Source: Gemmatimonadaceae bacterium (GTDB lineage Bacteria > Gemmatimonadota > Gemmatimonadetes > Gemmatimonadales > Gemmatimonadaceae). From it: DNA of 64,000 nucleotides. The stretch is from NCBI GenBank assembly GCA_044224875.1, contig JBGAJQ010000013.1, forward strand, positions 1 to 64,000, given 5' to 3'. The number at the start of each line of letters is the position of its first letter. Position 1 is the stretch's first letter. Of the stretch, positions 18,901 through 28,046 are shown in pieces. The notes beneath the pieces are model-generated. The model was not told where the DNA came from. It saw only the letters and a program-made list of their open reading frames with translations, and ran no database searches. The position numbers and the translations under genes were made by a program.

Positions 18901-21659
18901 TCCCTGGCACAACGTCGTCTCCGCAAGTCGTGACGCTGGAGACCTCGCTCGGTCGCTGGCTCGTGCGGGACGAGGACTTGGTCCAAGATGGCGTGCAGGT
19001 CACCCAATCTGGAGCAGAAGGGAACTACTCGCTCATCGCCCCCTATCAGGCTGGCCAAGGCGAACTGCGCGCCACTACGTCAGATGCAACCGGCGAGGCG
19101 CGTGTCTACTTCGTGCCGGCGCCAAGGCCGCTGATCGCCGCAGGTGTACTGAATGCACGCGTGGACCTGCTTTCGGTGCTCAAAGGCGGGGCATCAGCCT
19201 TCGGAAGCGGTAACGGATTCGAGGACGCCATACGCGACGTGGCGTTCGAAAACGACAGCGGGAAAGTGCACGGCGGGCTGCGTGGCGCGGTGCTGGTCAA
19301 GGGCAGGGTTTTCGGAAATCAGCTACTCACCCTGTCGTACGACTCCGAACGCGACCGCCAGCGCACGCTCTTCCGCGATATCCGGCCTGATGAAGCCTTC
19401 CCGATCTACGGCGACGGCGCGCTACGTGAGTTCGATGCGCAGACGAACCAACGCTTCTATGCGCAGCTGGATCGTGGCACATCGTTCACGCGTGTCGGCG
19501 ACTTCACGACAACCCGCGCCGACGATCGCCGGGTGCTGTCCGCGTACGACCGCACCATGAATGGAGCGGTGGAACACCTGGAAGGGGATCGCGGCGCGTT
19601 GACCCTCTTCGCGAGCAACGATCGATCGCGCCAGGTGGTGGACGAGATTCCCGCTCGGGGGATTTCCGGTCCATATCCGCTCAGCCGAAGCGGCCTAACG
19701 AACTCCGAGCGCGTGGAGATTGTCACGCGTGACCGGAACCAACCGTCACTCATTCTTTCGCGTCGCGTACTCACACGCTTCGCGGACTACACGATCGAAC
19801 CGTTGACGGGTCGGCTCGTGTTGCGCCAGCCGCTGAATCCTGTCGACGAGAACCTGAACCCCATCTCCATCCGCGTCGCGTACGAGGTCGAAAGTGGATC
19901 CGGCGAGTCGATGTGGACCTACGGCGGAGATGGTGCACTTCGTGTCACGAGCGCGTTGGAGGTGGGTGCGTCGTACGCGCACGATGAATCGGACGCTGGC
20001 AAGAACCAGCTCCTGGGTTTGAACACGACACTCCGACTCGCGCCCAGTACCTACCTGATTGGCGAGTTCGCCCGCACGGAGGACGAAGCGGGGCAGACGG
20101 GTGACGCGCAGCGGTTTGAGCTGCGGCACACGTCGGCTCGGTTCGAGGCGCGCCTCTTCGGCGCGCGCAGTGACTCCATGTTCCTCAACCGGTCGTCGAC
20201 CTTCGTCGGTGGACGGACCGAGCTCGGGGCTCGCTGGAGCGCCGCGCTGAGCGACAAGACGCGACTGCTCGGCGAGGCAATTCGCACGAGGGACAATGTG
20301 ACCGACGGTACGAGGGACGGCTTCCTGATTGGCGTCGAGCAACGACTGTCCAAGCGCCTTCGCGGTGAACTGGGATATCGATACGCGAAGGAGGATGGCG
20401 TGATGCCAGCCAGCGCCTACACGTTCGGCGCGGTGCCGAACAACACCAGTGCGATTCGCGCTCGCCTCACGGCCGACATCGTCGAGCGGCGTTCCTCGGT
20501 GTTCGGCGAGTATGAGCAGGACATTCAAGAGAGCGACCAGCATCGCGCTGCCATTGGCGGCGAGTATGTGTTGTTCAATCGGGCCCGGTTATATGGGCGC
20601 CACGAGTGGATCTCCTCCTTTGGTGGAGCCTACGCGTTGAATGGCGTGCAGGATCAACAGCTGACGTCCGTTGGCGTGGACGCGGACTACCTCCAGAACA
20701 CGCAGTTGTTCAGCGAGTACCGCGCACGCGATGCGTTCAACGGCCGCGACGCAGAGGCCTCGATCGGTGTGCGCCGCGCCTGGACGATCGCCAAGGGTGT
20801 CGCCCTGAACACGGCGTTCTCGCGCGTGTCACCGCTTGCTGGGAATGGCCTGACACCGGTCAGCGGTCAGTTGGCGACGGCGACATCGGTGGCCGGCGGT
20901 CTCGAAATCACTCGCTCGCCATTGTGGAAGGGAACGGGGCGTCTCGAGTATCGTGCGGCAGAGACAGGGGACAACGTCTTTGGATCGCTCGGTCTTGCGC
21001 GCAAGGTCAATCGTGACCTGACCATGCTCGCCCGGTCGGTGTGGGACGTGGCCGAAGGCTCCGTGAACGAAACGAGGGCACGCTCACAGGTCGGCCTCTC
21101 GTGGCGTGAAACCGATCGCAACCAATGGAACGTCCTGGCGCGCTACGAGAATCGGTATGATCACCTGTCCGGCGGCGTGGATGGCGCGAATTCCACGGCG
21201 CCTACACGGGATCTGGTGCACATCTTCGCGTCGTTGGTGAACTACCAGCCCTCGGCGACGGTGACCCTGTCCGGCCGATATGCGGCCAAGCTGGCGACGA
21301 CCAAGACGAGCGGCGCGAGTGAGCAGTCGACGTCACAGCTCGTGATGGGCCGCGGGGTGTTTGATCTGACGAAGCGCGTCGACGCGGGACTCATCGGGAG
21401 CATGCTCTTCTCGAACGGCATGTCCAGCCGCTCGTATGGGCTGGGTGGGGAGTTGGGGTGGATACTCATGACCAACCTGCGGGTGGCCGCCGGCTACAAC
21501 CTTTTCGGGTTCAAGGACAAGGACCTGAACACGTTTGGCACCACGCGCAAAGGGCCGTACCTCGAATTGGGCTTCAAGTTCGACGAATCACTCTTTGGCG
21601 CTCGCACGACGGAAGCTCCGTGCAGCGCTGCGTGTCAGAACGGGGGGCGACGCGAATGA
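12972..21659 (+). CDS. Giant surface protein (2895 aa): signal peptide, about 13 DUF11 Ig-like domains, SdrD-B-like domain, C-terminal outer-membrane beta-barrel region
   Basis: Repeated DLxIxK...YTxTVxNxG...VTDxLPxGL...WSC...VTC...NTATV...DxNxxND units; IVGKVF...NGIQDPGEVGIPGVRVYLEDG; amphipathic C-terminal strands ending YLELGFKF. Confidence 0.85.
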   Translation: MSMPFRTPLRHVALLAAMLAAPPAAFAGPPVGRVTNPDSTAVGRVIFATGIPGNVVKTITDVNGGQVLPGDVLQVDITIQNAAGAAAAVQSVLDDNIPSGTTYVPNTLRIVGGSNAGNKTDAAGDDQAEFSVGPNRVRFRVGFNANATAGGRLNPGAGTRVRFSIQVSASATNGQVISNQGFLTYRDASNDALDVEPSGPVQGSPGPTTVVVAAPDLTISKTHVGNFTRGQPASYTLTVSNAGGAPSSGTITVSDVLPASLSYVSATGSGWSCSAVGQTVTCTNPGPVAAGASLPAITLAVDVASNAPASITNTATVSGGSDSDGSNNSASDPTTIVGAPDLAITKTHSGSFTVGSNGVYTIGVSNVGTSPTTGAITVTDVLPTGLTYVSATGTNWTCSAVAQSVTCSNPGPVAPSASLPNITLTVSVGAGAVPAVTNTATVSTAGDSNGANDSASDPTTVQPAPSPDLAIQKTHTGNFTVGSSGDYTITVSNVGTASTSGPITVSDVLPTGLTFSSATGSGWSCSAVGQAVTCSTPGPLAPANALPAITLTVDVGPAAAPSVTNTATVATSGDSNASNDANSDPTTVNPAPTPDLTIAKTHTGSFTVGTNGTYSLSVSNIGAGSTSGTITVTDVLPTGLTYVSATGTGWSCSAVAQTVTCTHPGPVAPAAALPAIALTVGVGAAAVPTVTNTATVSTPGDANGANDSASDPTAVSPAPAPDLTITKTHAGNFTVGSNGSYQLTVSNVGAGATTGPITVSDALPTGLTYVSATGTGWSCSAVGQAVTCTTPGPVAPAAALPTITLTVSVGAAAVPSVVNTSAVSTAGDANASNDTASDPTTVNPAPAPDLTITKSHGAPFIVGSNGVYSLGVSNVGSAATTGTVTVTDPLPAGLTFVSATGTGWSCGAVGQAVTCTHPGPVAPAASLPAISLTVSVGVGALPSVTNTATVATPGDANAGNDTASDPTPIGTSGIDVSIAKTSSPSTFVVGSNATYTLTVSNAGTSATTGPVTVTDTLPTGITFVAATAPSYTCTFSAGVLTCVRTASLAAGALAPITVQVTVGPTAAPSVTNRAHVSTSGDTNPANDVSQVTNPVVTPPDVSITKSASPATFTVGQPASFPLLVRNVGGTAATGIVVTDILPSGLAFSSASGAGWSCSATGNVVTCAFAPSLAPGISSTVTLNVTVTAPAAPSITNTAHVTAPGDGNASNDASSITVPVVVSASPDLNIQKVAIGNFVVGQPATYQITVTNAGTGPTTAPIIVTDVLPSSLTFGSATGNGWNCNAVGQTVTCTYAPVLGVAQSTVITLVVTPTAAANAGVSNTASVATAGDGNGSNNSSTASTPVAQALDLRLQKTLTGSLVKGGQGNYTLNVGNVGQLPTSGPITVVDSLPAGLAFVSGGGSGFTCSASGSVVSCTRSTPSLNLNEQAVVTIVVNVLSSAPAEITNTACVGTSGDTNPANDCASDKHAVASTADLNITKSHVGTAAIGQNLTFTLRVRNVGTASAAVPITVEDPLPSGLTFVSAAGSGWTCSAANGTVTCVRSTTLAAGDSSDIALTVQVQALAVPSVTNCARTISANDANAANNQACDVVPVAGDYRFAIAKTVSKPEAEIGDLLDYEVIVSNAGATAIPDGLVTDHLPLGFEYLKGSARQNGQVIADPSGAPGPELNFSIGALPVGGRAVLRYRVRVGVGARPGANVNSAQAVSTLTGAASPVVTATVVIRPGLFDERGAIVGKVFQQCDCDHNGIQDPGEVGIPGVRVYLEDGTSAITDVEGKYNFANVAARLHVVKVDRTTLPPGSVLVPTSTRSAGDGYSRFADLKAGELFKADFVEASGTAAVAADVLARRRAGEVTHAGDPIPEELAIGPRAPARGTMSSGRALAAQASGAVSSSVAESAQGGSAVQTTAQGLTSGGYRPLFAGARLNDAMSQLPVTPLRAMAALAGRNPAATGSITLDVMTTGIPADGRSSLAVTIRLPGTTSSPQVVTLETSLGRWLVRDEDLVQDGVQVTQSGAEGNYSLIAPYQAGQGELRATTSDATGEARVYFVPAPRPLIAAGVLNARVDLLSVLKGGASAFGSGNGFEDAIRDVAFENDSGKVHGGLRGAVLVKGRVFGNQLLTLSYDSERDRQRTLFRDIRPDEAFPIYGDGALREFDAQTNQRFYAQLDRGTSFTRVGDFTTTRADDRRVLSAYDRTMNGAVEHLEGDRGALTLFASNDRSRQVVDEIPARGISGPYPLSRSGLTNSERVEIVTRDRNQPSLILSRRVLTRFADYTIEPLTGRLVLRQPLNPVDENLNPISIRVAYEVESGSGESMWTYGGDGALRVTSALEVGASYAHDESDAGKNQLLGLNTTLRLAPSTYLIGEFARTEDEAGQTGDAQRFELRHTSARFEARLFGARSDSMFLNRSSTFVGGRTELGARWSAALSDKTRLLGEAIRTRDNVTDGTRDGFLIGVEQRLSKRLRGELGYRYAKEDGVMPASAYTFGAVPNNTSAIRARLTADIVERRSSVFGEYEQDIQESDQHRAAIGGEYVLFNRARLYGRHEWISSFGGAYALNGVQDQQLTSVGVDADYLQNTQLFSEYRARDAFNGRDAEASIGVRRAWTIAKGVALNTAFSRVSPLAGNGLTPVSGQLATATSVAGGLEITRSPLWKGTGRLEYRAAETGDNVFGSLGLARKVNRDLTMLARSVWDVAEGSVNETRARSQVGLSWRETDRNQWNVLARYENRYDHLSGGVDGANSTAPTRDLVHIFASLVNYQPSATVTLSGRYAAKLATTKTSGASEQSTSQLVMGRGVFDLTKRVDAGLIGSMLFSNGMSSRSYGLGGELGWILMTNLRVAAGYNLFGFKDKDLNTFGTTRKGPYLELGFKFDESLFGARTTEAPCSAACQNGGRRE
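13611..17760 (+). repeat. Eleven tandem units of about 125 aa (about 375 bp), DUF11-type
   Basis: Protein-level repeat; units 2-6 are also similar at DNA level (e.g. recurring GGTTGGAGCTG). Confidence 0.85.
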
Positions 21660-22792
21660 TTGTCATACCAACACGACTGGCATGGGGTGCACGTGCCATC
21701 CTGCTCGCCACGCTCGCGGCATGCGCCGGGCTCCCGGCGTCGAATACAGATCGCCTGTCTCCCGTTCGTGACCGTGTCACGGATGAGACCATTGCCAGCG
21801 ATCTTCGCGTACTGGATGCGTGGCAAGCGCGCGCAGACGCGCTGGCGCGTGGCGGCCCGGACAATCCCAATGCTGCTGCCGTAGAAGCGGCTCGAGCGTG
21901 GGTGCGTCTGGCGCGCGATGCGTACGAGCGAAACGACCGATCTGCGTCACCAGACACTGCGTTGGCCCGAGCGGTCCAATTGGTCGAGGCGATCGAACGA
22001 GGGGGCCAACCCAGCTTTACGCCAGCCGTCCTCGGTGCCGCGGCGTCCGATCGCGCCCGCACGGCGTCGTCGGAGCTCGCGGCATTGGTCGCAAGTGATG
22101 GGAATGCATCTCGCATCCCAGAGTTAGGAGCTACGCAGGTGTTGCTGGCGCGGGCGTCCCATCCTTTCTTGCGTGCACCGGGCTGCGTGGACGCAGATCC
22201 ATCCGAGTTGGCTGCAGCGAGCGTGGCGCGCCTTCGCGACGAGGCGGCGCGCCGACGGTCCCTCACGGAGCAAGCGCGGCAGACGCCGATTCCGTCGCCT
22301 ACGCCTGCGGAACGCGTGCCGGTCACACCCACGGAGCCTCCCAACGGTATGCCGGCGCGTTGCCGCGAGGTGGAGCTGCCGGCCACCGTGCACTTTGCTC
22401 TCGACCGACACGAACTCTCCGCGGCGACGCGCACGGTGCTGGATGCCGTAGCGGCCTCACTGACAGGTCGGGGTGACGTGTCAGTGACCTTGGACGGCAA
22501 TACCGATGCGCGGGCGAGCGACGCGTACAATGAGGCGCTTTCGCAACGGCGCGCGAACGCCGTGCGAGACTACCTGATGACCAAGGGGATCGACGGGTCC
22601 CGGCTCGACGTCGCGGTTTCCGGCGAGCAGCGTCCGACCGTGATGGGCACGTCAGCGCTCGATCACGCGCGGAACCGTCGGGTGGAAATGCGCTACCGTT
22701 CCGCGACGGGCTGCGGTATCCGCGTAGTGGAGCAGTCCCAGGACCTTCAGCTCGAACCCAGGCGTCAGCCACCTCGCGAGAAGGACAACTGA
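21656..22792 (+). CDS. OmpA-family peptidoglycan-binding lipoprotein
   Basis: LAAC lipobox; VHFALD...DGNTDARASDAYNEALSQRRANAV...NRRVE; ATGA overlap with the giant gene. Confidence 0.88.
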   Translation: MIVIPTRLAWGARAILLATLAACAGLPASNTDRLSPVRDRVTDETIASDLRVLDAWQARADALARGGPDNPNAAAVEAARAWVRLARDAYERNDRSASPDTALARAVQLVEAIERGGQPSFTPAVLGAAASDRARTASSELAALVASDGNASRIPELGATQVLLARASHPFLRAPGCVDADPSELAAASVARLRDEAARRRSLTEQARQTPIPSPTPAERVPVTPTEPPNGMPARCREVELPATVHFALDRHELSAATRTVLDAVAASLTGRGDVSVTLDGNTDARASDAYNEALSQRRANAVRDYLMTKGIDGSRLDVAVSGEQRPTVMGTSALDHARNRRVEMRYRSATGCGIRVVEQSQDLQLEPRRQPPREKDN

Positions 22793-22814
22793 CAGTCGGC
22801 GAGACCAGGACGAC

Positions 22815-22844
22815 AAACGCCGGGCGATGTCCGCCCGGCGTTTT
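22815..22844. terminator. Bidirectional intrinsic terminator
   Basis: AAACGCCGGGCG-atgtc-CGCCCGGCGTTT(T) between convergent genes. Confidence 0.8.
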
Positions 22845-22868
22845 GCGTCTCGTCGGCGCTGGCGACGG

Positions 22869-23270
22869 CTATTTCTCCAGCTTGACCCACTTGAGTCCGA
22901 CGACGATCGCCGCGCGCTCGGCGCACCCGTCCTCGACCAGCGTCAGCTTGAACACTGCAAGGCTCCCGGTGACCTTGTACTTGCCGGTGACCGGGCAGGC
23001 ATTGGACCCATCGACGTCATTCAACGATACGGTTCCGGCGTCGAACACCAGCTTCGACTTCACGACGAGTGAACCGTCCGGTGACACGACGGTCATGGAG
23101 TTGTCGTCGGCAAAGGTCGCGATGAATCCCGTGAGGTCGGGACCAGCATAGCCGGAGTCAGCCATGAGAGCGTAGTTGCCGCGCGGAACAGGCGACGATG
23201 CATCCTGTGCATGCGCACCAACGGCACTCAACATCACGGCGGCAGCCATCACAAGGCGAATAATCGACAT
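22869..23270 (-). CDS. Secreted hypothetical protein
   Basis: Signal peptide with AHA-Q cleavage site; two Cys; beta-rich. Confidence 0.7.
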   Translation of the reverse strand: MSIIRLVMAAAVMLSAVGAHAQDASSPVPRGNYALMADSGYAGPDLTGFIATFADDNSMTVVSPDGSLVVKSKLVFDAGTVSLNDVDGSNACPVTGKYKVTGSLAVFKLTLVEDGCAERAAIVVGLKWVKLEK

Positions 23271-23394
23271 GGGGTCAGAGAAAAGAGTGAAAGAGTGTCA
23301 CGCAACGAGGCGGGGAGAGTACACCAGAGCGCGCCGAGGCGGCGGCTCGCTCCTTCCAGCACGGAATAAATGTCGCCGCCGACGAGTCAAGGAA

Positions 23395-23721
23395 TCAGGC
23401 CGGTGGCCGGGTGAAGCGGACAAACAATTCGGTCGGGACCGTCTGCGCGCCACGTTGTTCAGTGTGGATGTCGAGCCCGTCGAGCGCCAAGGCGGTTCCA
23501 TCGGCCGTGGTCAGCTCAAAGCGAAGGGCATTCCGGGCCTGTTCGAATCGCTCCGCCGCGTCGGGGAGTTGGGCGGCTCCCCTCAGCTCAAACACTGGTT
23601 CGATCAGCTCCCAGCCGAGCCCCGGTCGAAACGGTCCGCGCCACGCACCCGCGACCGGGTCCTGCACCTTCAAGTCGGCGTGACCCACGATGACGTTGTG
23701 AAGGCGAAGAATGACGTGCAC
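23395..23721 (-). CDS. Hypothetical protein
   Basis: Protein-like ORF starting 18 bp after the nadE stop on the same strand. Confidence 0.55.
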   Translation of the reverse strand: MHVILRLHNVIVGHADLKVQDPVAGAWRGPFRPGLGWELIEPVFELRGAAQLPDAAERFEQARNALRFELTTADGTALALDGLDIHTEQRGAQTVPTELFVRFTRPPA

Positions 23722-23739
23722 GAGACGAGCCGGTGGGGG

Positions 23740-25665
23740 TCAGTAATCGACCGGTCGCAGATACGACTCGCCGATCGCTGACTGACTGAGCATGGCGACC
23801 GTCGGCAAGCGGCGCTTCCAGTGAGTGCCTTCCAAGCGGCGCTGGACGCGCTCAACCTCGTCGGGGTGAAAACCATGCACGATGCACTCGCGCGCGGTGT
23901 ACCCGTTGACGAGCCAATTCAGGATTGCGTCAGCCTTCGCGTAGCTGATACCGAAATCTCCCTCGTCCGTCTGGCCCGTTATCAGGTCGGCGGAGGCAGG
24001 CTTCTCCACGATGACTTCGGGTACGCCAAGGTGGCGAGCCAGCGCCCAGACCTGAGTCTTGAACAGGTCGCCGAGCGGATTGATGGGTGGCGAGTCGTCG
24101 GCGTGCCAGGTGAAGTAGCCAAAGAGTCGCTCGGTCTTGTTGCCCGTGCCTAACGGTATGCCGCCGATAGCCGCCGATTGGTCGAACAGGGCGATCATGC
24201 GGGTGCGTGCCATGACGTTGCCGCGGCGCGTCGGGTCCGCTTCCCCCGCACAGGCGAGGAACCCGTCGACGGCGCCGGTGATATCGATCGTCCGGTGTCG
24301 CACGCCGAGTGCGTCGATGACGAGCTGCGCGTGCGCCAGGCTGTCGGGGCTCGAGCTGCGATAGGGAAGGCGAAGCGCGAGCACGTTGTCCGGGCCAAGT
24401 GCGCGAGCCGCAAGGAAGGCGGTGACGGCGGAGTCGACACCACCCGAGACTCCGACGACGCCCTTGGTGAGGCCGCGACGTGTCATTTCGTCGCGGATGA
24501 AGCGCGTGAGCCAGTCGGCAGTCAGCTCGGGGTCGATGTCGAGGCTTGGGGGTCCGCTGGCGGCTCCGGCGTCGTCGGGCGGCAACGAGATGATGATGCC
24601 AGCGTTGGAAGGATGACGCCCGTTCGCGGGAATGGTGCTATTGTGGTTTTTGGGGGGGGCCCCCCGCGCCGGAGCCGGGGCTGACGAGCGACCACTCGTC
24701 TCTGTGTCGCGCTCCGCTCGGTCCCCGTCCGTCGTCGCCCCGTCGAACTCCACCGGGGCTCGCGTTCCCCGCGCAATGCCGCTCAGCGCCTCACGCAAGT
24801 GCGGAAGCGCCGTCCGTAGGTCCGCCAGTAATGGCGCATCGGCTCGCGCGCGCTCGATGTCCGCAAAATCCAGCTGCAACACCACGATCGCCTCGTCGAA
24901 CACCGGGGCTCTCACCCGCACGTCGCCCAACGGACCAACAACACACGAGCCGCCCGCGAACATCTTTCCCCCCTCACTGCCCACCAGGTTCACCAGCGAC
25001 ACGAAGACGCCATGCTCTTCGGCCATCCCACGTACCAGTCGCTCCCACCGGCCCATGCTGGAAGGCCCAGGCGTCGACTCCAGGCCCGGCGTCAGCCCGC
25101 GGGCCGGCGCCGCCGACGACACAAAGATCACCTGCGCGTCGTCCAACGCAGCCAATGCGCCAGACAACCCATGCCATGCGTCTTCGCAAACCAGGATGGC
25201 GGCGCGTCCCCATGGCGTGTCGAAGGCTCGCACATCATGCCCTCGTTCGACGAATCGCTCCTCGTCGAACAAGCCGTATGTCGGCAGGAACGCCTTTCGG
25301 TGCACGTGCAGCACGCGAGCGGCCCCCTCGCCAAGGCGCACGTAGGCCGCGCTGTTGTACAGCGTTCCCCGCCATCGCTCATAGAAGCCGATGACCACGT
25401 CCAACGGATGCGGCGAGAGCCGCGACGCCTCCCGATACGCGCCGTCCAGGTCTCGGGCGAGCGTCCCGGCGGTAACTGCGACCTCCCGGACGCCTCCCTC
25501 GACGAAGTACCCAGAGAGCGATGTTTCAGGTAGATGAAGGACCGTTGGACGAGGCGTCAGCTCCACCACGCGCGTGAACAGCTCGCGAATCCGAGCAAGG
25601 TTCGCCACATAGTCGCCCTTGACCGGGCGAAACTGCGCGAGCGCGAGGGTCAGTGGCGTGTTCAT
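23740..25665 (-). CDS. nadE: Glutamine-dependent NAD+ synthetase (nitrilase domain fused to synthetase domain)
   Basis: E-K-C triad (LPETSLSGY, HRKAFLP, VCEDAW); SGGVDS, GTGNKTE, KPASADL. Confidence 0.92.
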   Translation of the reverse strand: MNTPLTLALAQFRPVKGDYVANLARIRELFTRVVELTPRPTVLHLPETSLSGYFVEGGVREVAVTAGTLARDLDGAYREASRLSPHPLDVVIGFYERWRGTLYNSAAYVRLGEGAARVLHVHRKAFLPTYGLFDEERFVERGHDVRAFDTPWGRAAILVCEDAWHGLSGALAALDDAQVIFVSSAAPARGLTPGLESTPGPSSMGRWERLVRGMAEEHGVFVSLVNLVGSEGGKMFAGGSCVVGPLGDVRVRAPVFDEAIVVLQLDFADIERARADAPLLADLRTALPHLREALSGIARGTRAPVEFDGATTDGDRAERDTETSGRSSAPAPARGAPPKNHNSTIPANGRHPSNAGIIISLPPDDAGAASGPPSLDIDPELTADWLTRFIRDEMTRRGLTKGVVGVSGGVDSAVTAFLAARALGPDNVLALRLPYRSSSPDSLAHAQLVIDALGVRHRTIDITGAVDGFLACAGEADPTRRGNVMARTRMIALFDQSAAIGGIPLGTGNKTERLFGYFTWHADDSPPINPLGDLFKTQVWALARHLGVPEVIVEKPASADLITGQTDEGDFGISYAKADAILNWLVNGYTARECIVHGFHPDEVERVQRRLEGTHWKRRLPTVAMLSQSAIGESYLRPVDY

Positions 25666-25956
25666 CTCTTGGAAACTGGCGAGCAGGCCGCGCGCGGGCA
25701 ACGCCGCGAGAGGCGGGAGTGCAGGAGCCTTTGGGGCGCACCACTCTATCGAAACAATACGGCCCACGACCGAGATACTTTCCGACAGCAGCACAGGTGG
25801 ATGCCTGGCGGCGGAGCATCCATCCGACCGGTGATGCGTCACACAATCATTCGCGAGCTAGCTTTAGCTTAAAGCGCCCGCGCGGTGAACTCCCGCAGGG
25901 ACCGGTGTATCCAAACCGCGCACCTTCCCATCTCCGTCATCCCGTAGCCACTGACC

Positions 25957-27990
25957 GTGTTCACCATTCGACGCGTGACTCCCTTTGCACGCGCGTTGCT
26001 ACTGTCCGCGGTCTGCGCCACAGGCGCAGCAGCGCAGGACACTTCCGCCACGGGACCGGCGTGGAAAATCGTTGTGCCGCCACAGTCCTCGCAGGTGTTT
26101 GCGAGAGATGGGAGCCTCATATGGGAAGTCGGCACCCAATGGCGCACGAGCGTGCCACTTCGAACACTCCCGAAGTTCGTCGGTCAGGCCTTCGTCGCCG
26201 TCGAGGACCATCGCTTTTACCAACACGACGGTGTGGATCTCGTAGGCATCGCCGGGGCCGTGAAGGACAACCTGCTAGGCGGTCGTCGCGGGGCGAGCAC
26301 CATAACGCAACAGCTCGTCGGGAACATGCACCCCGACCTGGTGGATCGTTCCGATCGTAGTCTGTCGCGCAAATTGCGCGAACAAAACGCCGCGCGCGAA
26401 ATGGAGCGACACTACTCCAAGGAACAGATTCTCGAGGGGTACCTCAACCAGATTCACTTTGGATCGCGTTGGTATGGGATCGAGTCGGCGGCGCGGCACT
26501 ACTTCGGCAAGAGCGCAAGCCGCCTAACGCTCACGGAGGCCGCGACGCTCGCCGCGCTCCCCAAAGGTCCCGCGATCTACGACCCGGTGAAGCATCCGGA
26601 CCGTGCCCGCACGCGACGGAACCTCGTACTCGGCCTCATGGCCCAGCAGGGCTTCATCACAACGGCCCAACGCGACGCGGCCCAAAAGGAGCCGGTCTCG
26701 ACTGCGCCGAACGCGGGGTTTTCCGAACCGGCGCCCTACTTCGTGGACGTGGTGCGCGTGCAGTCCGAGCGCATGCAGATACCCGTCAGCAGCAACGGAT
26801 TCCGCATCTACACCACGCTGGATCCTACCATGCAGCGCGCGGCCAACAAGGCCATGGCGGACGGCTTGCTCGAGGTGGAGGAGCGCGCGGGATACAAACA
26901 CCCGAAGTATCAGGGGCATCCGGCGGGCTCCACGGATTACCTGCAGGGTGCACTCGTCGCCGTCGATCCGTACACCGGAGACGTGCGCGCTCTGGTCGGT
27001 GGCCGCGACTATGGGGAGTCGCAATTCAATCGCGCCGTCAACGGAATGCGCCAACCCGGGTCGGCGTTCAAGCCGGTCGTTTACGCAACGGCCATTGCCG
27101 AGTCCCTGGCGGCCAACGTCATCATTCCGGACACGGCACTCGCCATTCCCTTGGCCAATCGCACCATCTATCGACCGGAGAATTCCGACGGCGAATACCT
27201 CGGTCCTGTCACCATGCGCGAGGCGCTCGCAAAGTCGCGCAATACCGTGGCGGTGCAACTCGGCCAGCGACTCGGAATGGATTCTGTGACTGCAATGGCT
27301 CGGCGCATGGGCATCACGTCGAATATTGCGCCGTATCCCTCGAGCGCCATTGGCGCGTCGGTGGTGCAGCCGCTGGATCTGGTCGCCGCCTACGCGACGC
27401 TGGATAACGGTGGTGCGCGTGTCGAACCTCGGTTCATCACACGCATTGAGGATCAGGCAGGGAAGGTCGTGTGGCAGAACCCCATTGCCACGCCGCAATC
27501 TGTGTTGGACGCCAAGATCGCGTTCATCGTACGAGACATGATGCGCGATGTAGTCGACCGCGGGACCGCGACGGTGGTACGACGGTTGATCGGACCGCAG
27601 ATGAGCGTGGCCGGGAAGACCGGAACGACGAACGACAATGCCGACGTGTGGTTCGTGGGCATGACGCCGGACATTGTGGCAGGCGTTTGGATTGGGTTCG
27701 ATAAACCTCGCACGATCGCCCCGGGGGCTGCAGGCGGGTCTCTCGCCGCCCCCATCTGGGCACACATGGTGGCGAACGCTGGGCTTGGGCGCGGCGGTGC
27801 GCCATGGGCTGCCCCCGAAGGAATCCTGTCCGCCGAGCTGGACCGGGCCACGGGGCGGCTTGCCGACAGCACGAGTCCACCGGACCGGCGGTACATCGAG
27901 TACTTTCTTGCCGGGACCGAGCCGCTCCAGCTTCGTCTCGATACCTGGCAACTTTTCCTCGGCGCCTCTCCCACAACGCCGGCTCGTTAG
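25957..27990 (+). CDS. Class A penicillin-binding protein (PBP1A family)
   Basis: EDHRFYQH and GASTITQQL glycosyltransferase motifs; SAFK, SRN and KTG transpeptidase motifs. Confidence 0.93.
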   Translation: MFTIRRVTPFARALLLSAVCATGAAAQDTSATGPAWKIVVPPQSSQVFARDGSLIWEVGTQWRTSVPLRTLPKFVGQAFVAVEDHRFYQHDGVDLVGIAGAVKDNLLGGRRGASTITQQLVGNMHPDLVDRSDRSLSRKLREQNAAREMERHYSKEQILEGYLNQIHFGSRWYGIESAARHYFGKSASRLTLTEAATLAALPKGPAIYDPVKHPDRARTRRNLVLGLMAQQGFITTAQRDAAQKEPVSTAPNAGFSEPAPYFVDVVRVQSERMQIPVSSNGFRIYTTLDPTMQRAANKAMADGLLEVEERAGYKHPKYQGHPAGSTDYLQGALVAVDPYTGDVRALVGGRDYGESQFNRAVNGMRQPGSAFKPVVYATAIAESLAANVIIPDTALAIPLANRTIYRPENSDGEYLGPVTMREALAKSRNTVAVQLGQRLGMDSVTAMARRMGITSNIAPYPSSAIGASVVQPLDLVAAYATLDNGGARVEPRFITRIEDQAGKVVWQNPIATPQSVLDAKIAFIVRDMMRDVVDRGTATVVRRLIGPQMSVAGKTGTTNDNADVWFVGMTPDIVAGVWIGFDKPRTIAPGAAGGSLAAPIWAHMVANAGLGRGGAPWAAPEGILSAELDRATGRLADSTSPPDRRYIEYFLAGTEPLQLRLDTWQLFLGASPTTPAR

Positions 27991-28046
27991 GACGTACCTG
28001 GCGCTCAGCGCCGGAGGAATGCGTGAGAGGAAGAGGTTGTGGGCAG

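Noticed and set aside
26524..27951. Long antisense and alternate-frame ORFs (e.g. 475 aa here, 421 aa at 48679-49944, 389 aa at 60031-61200)
   Set aside because: These are shadow ORFs expected from high-GC codon bias opposite well-supported genes, with no recognisable motifs.
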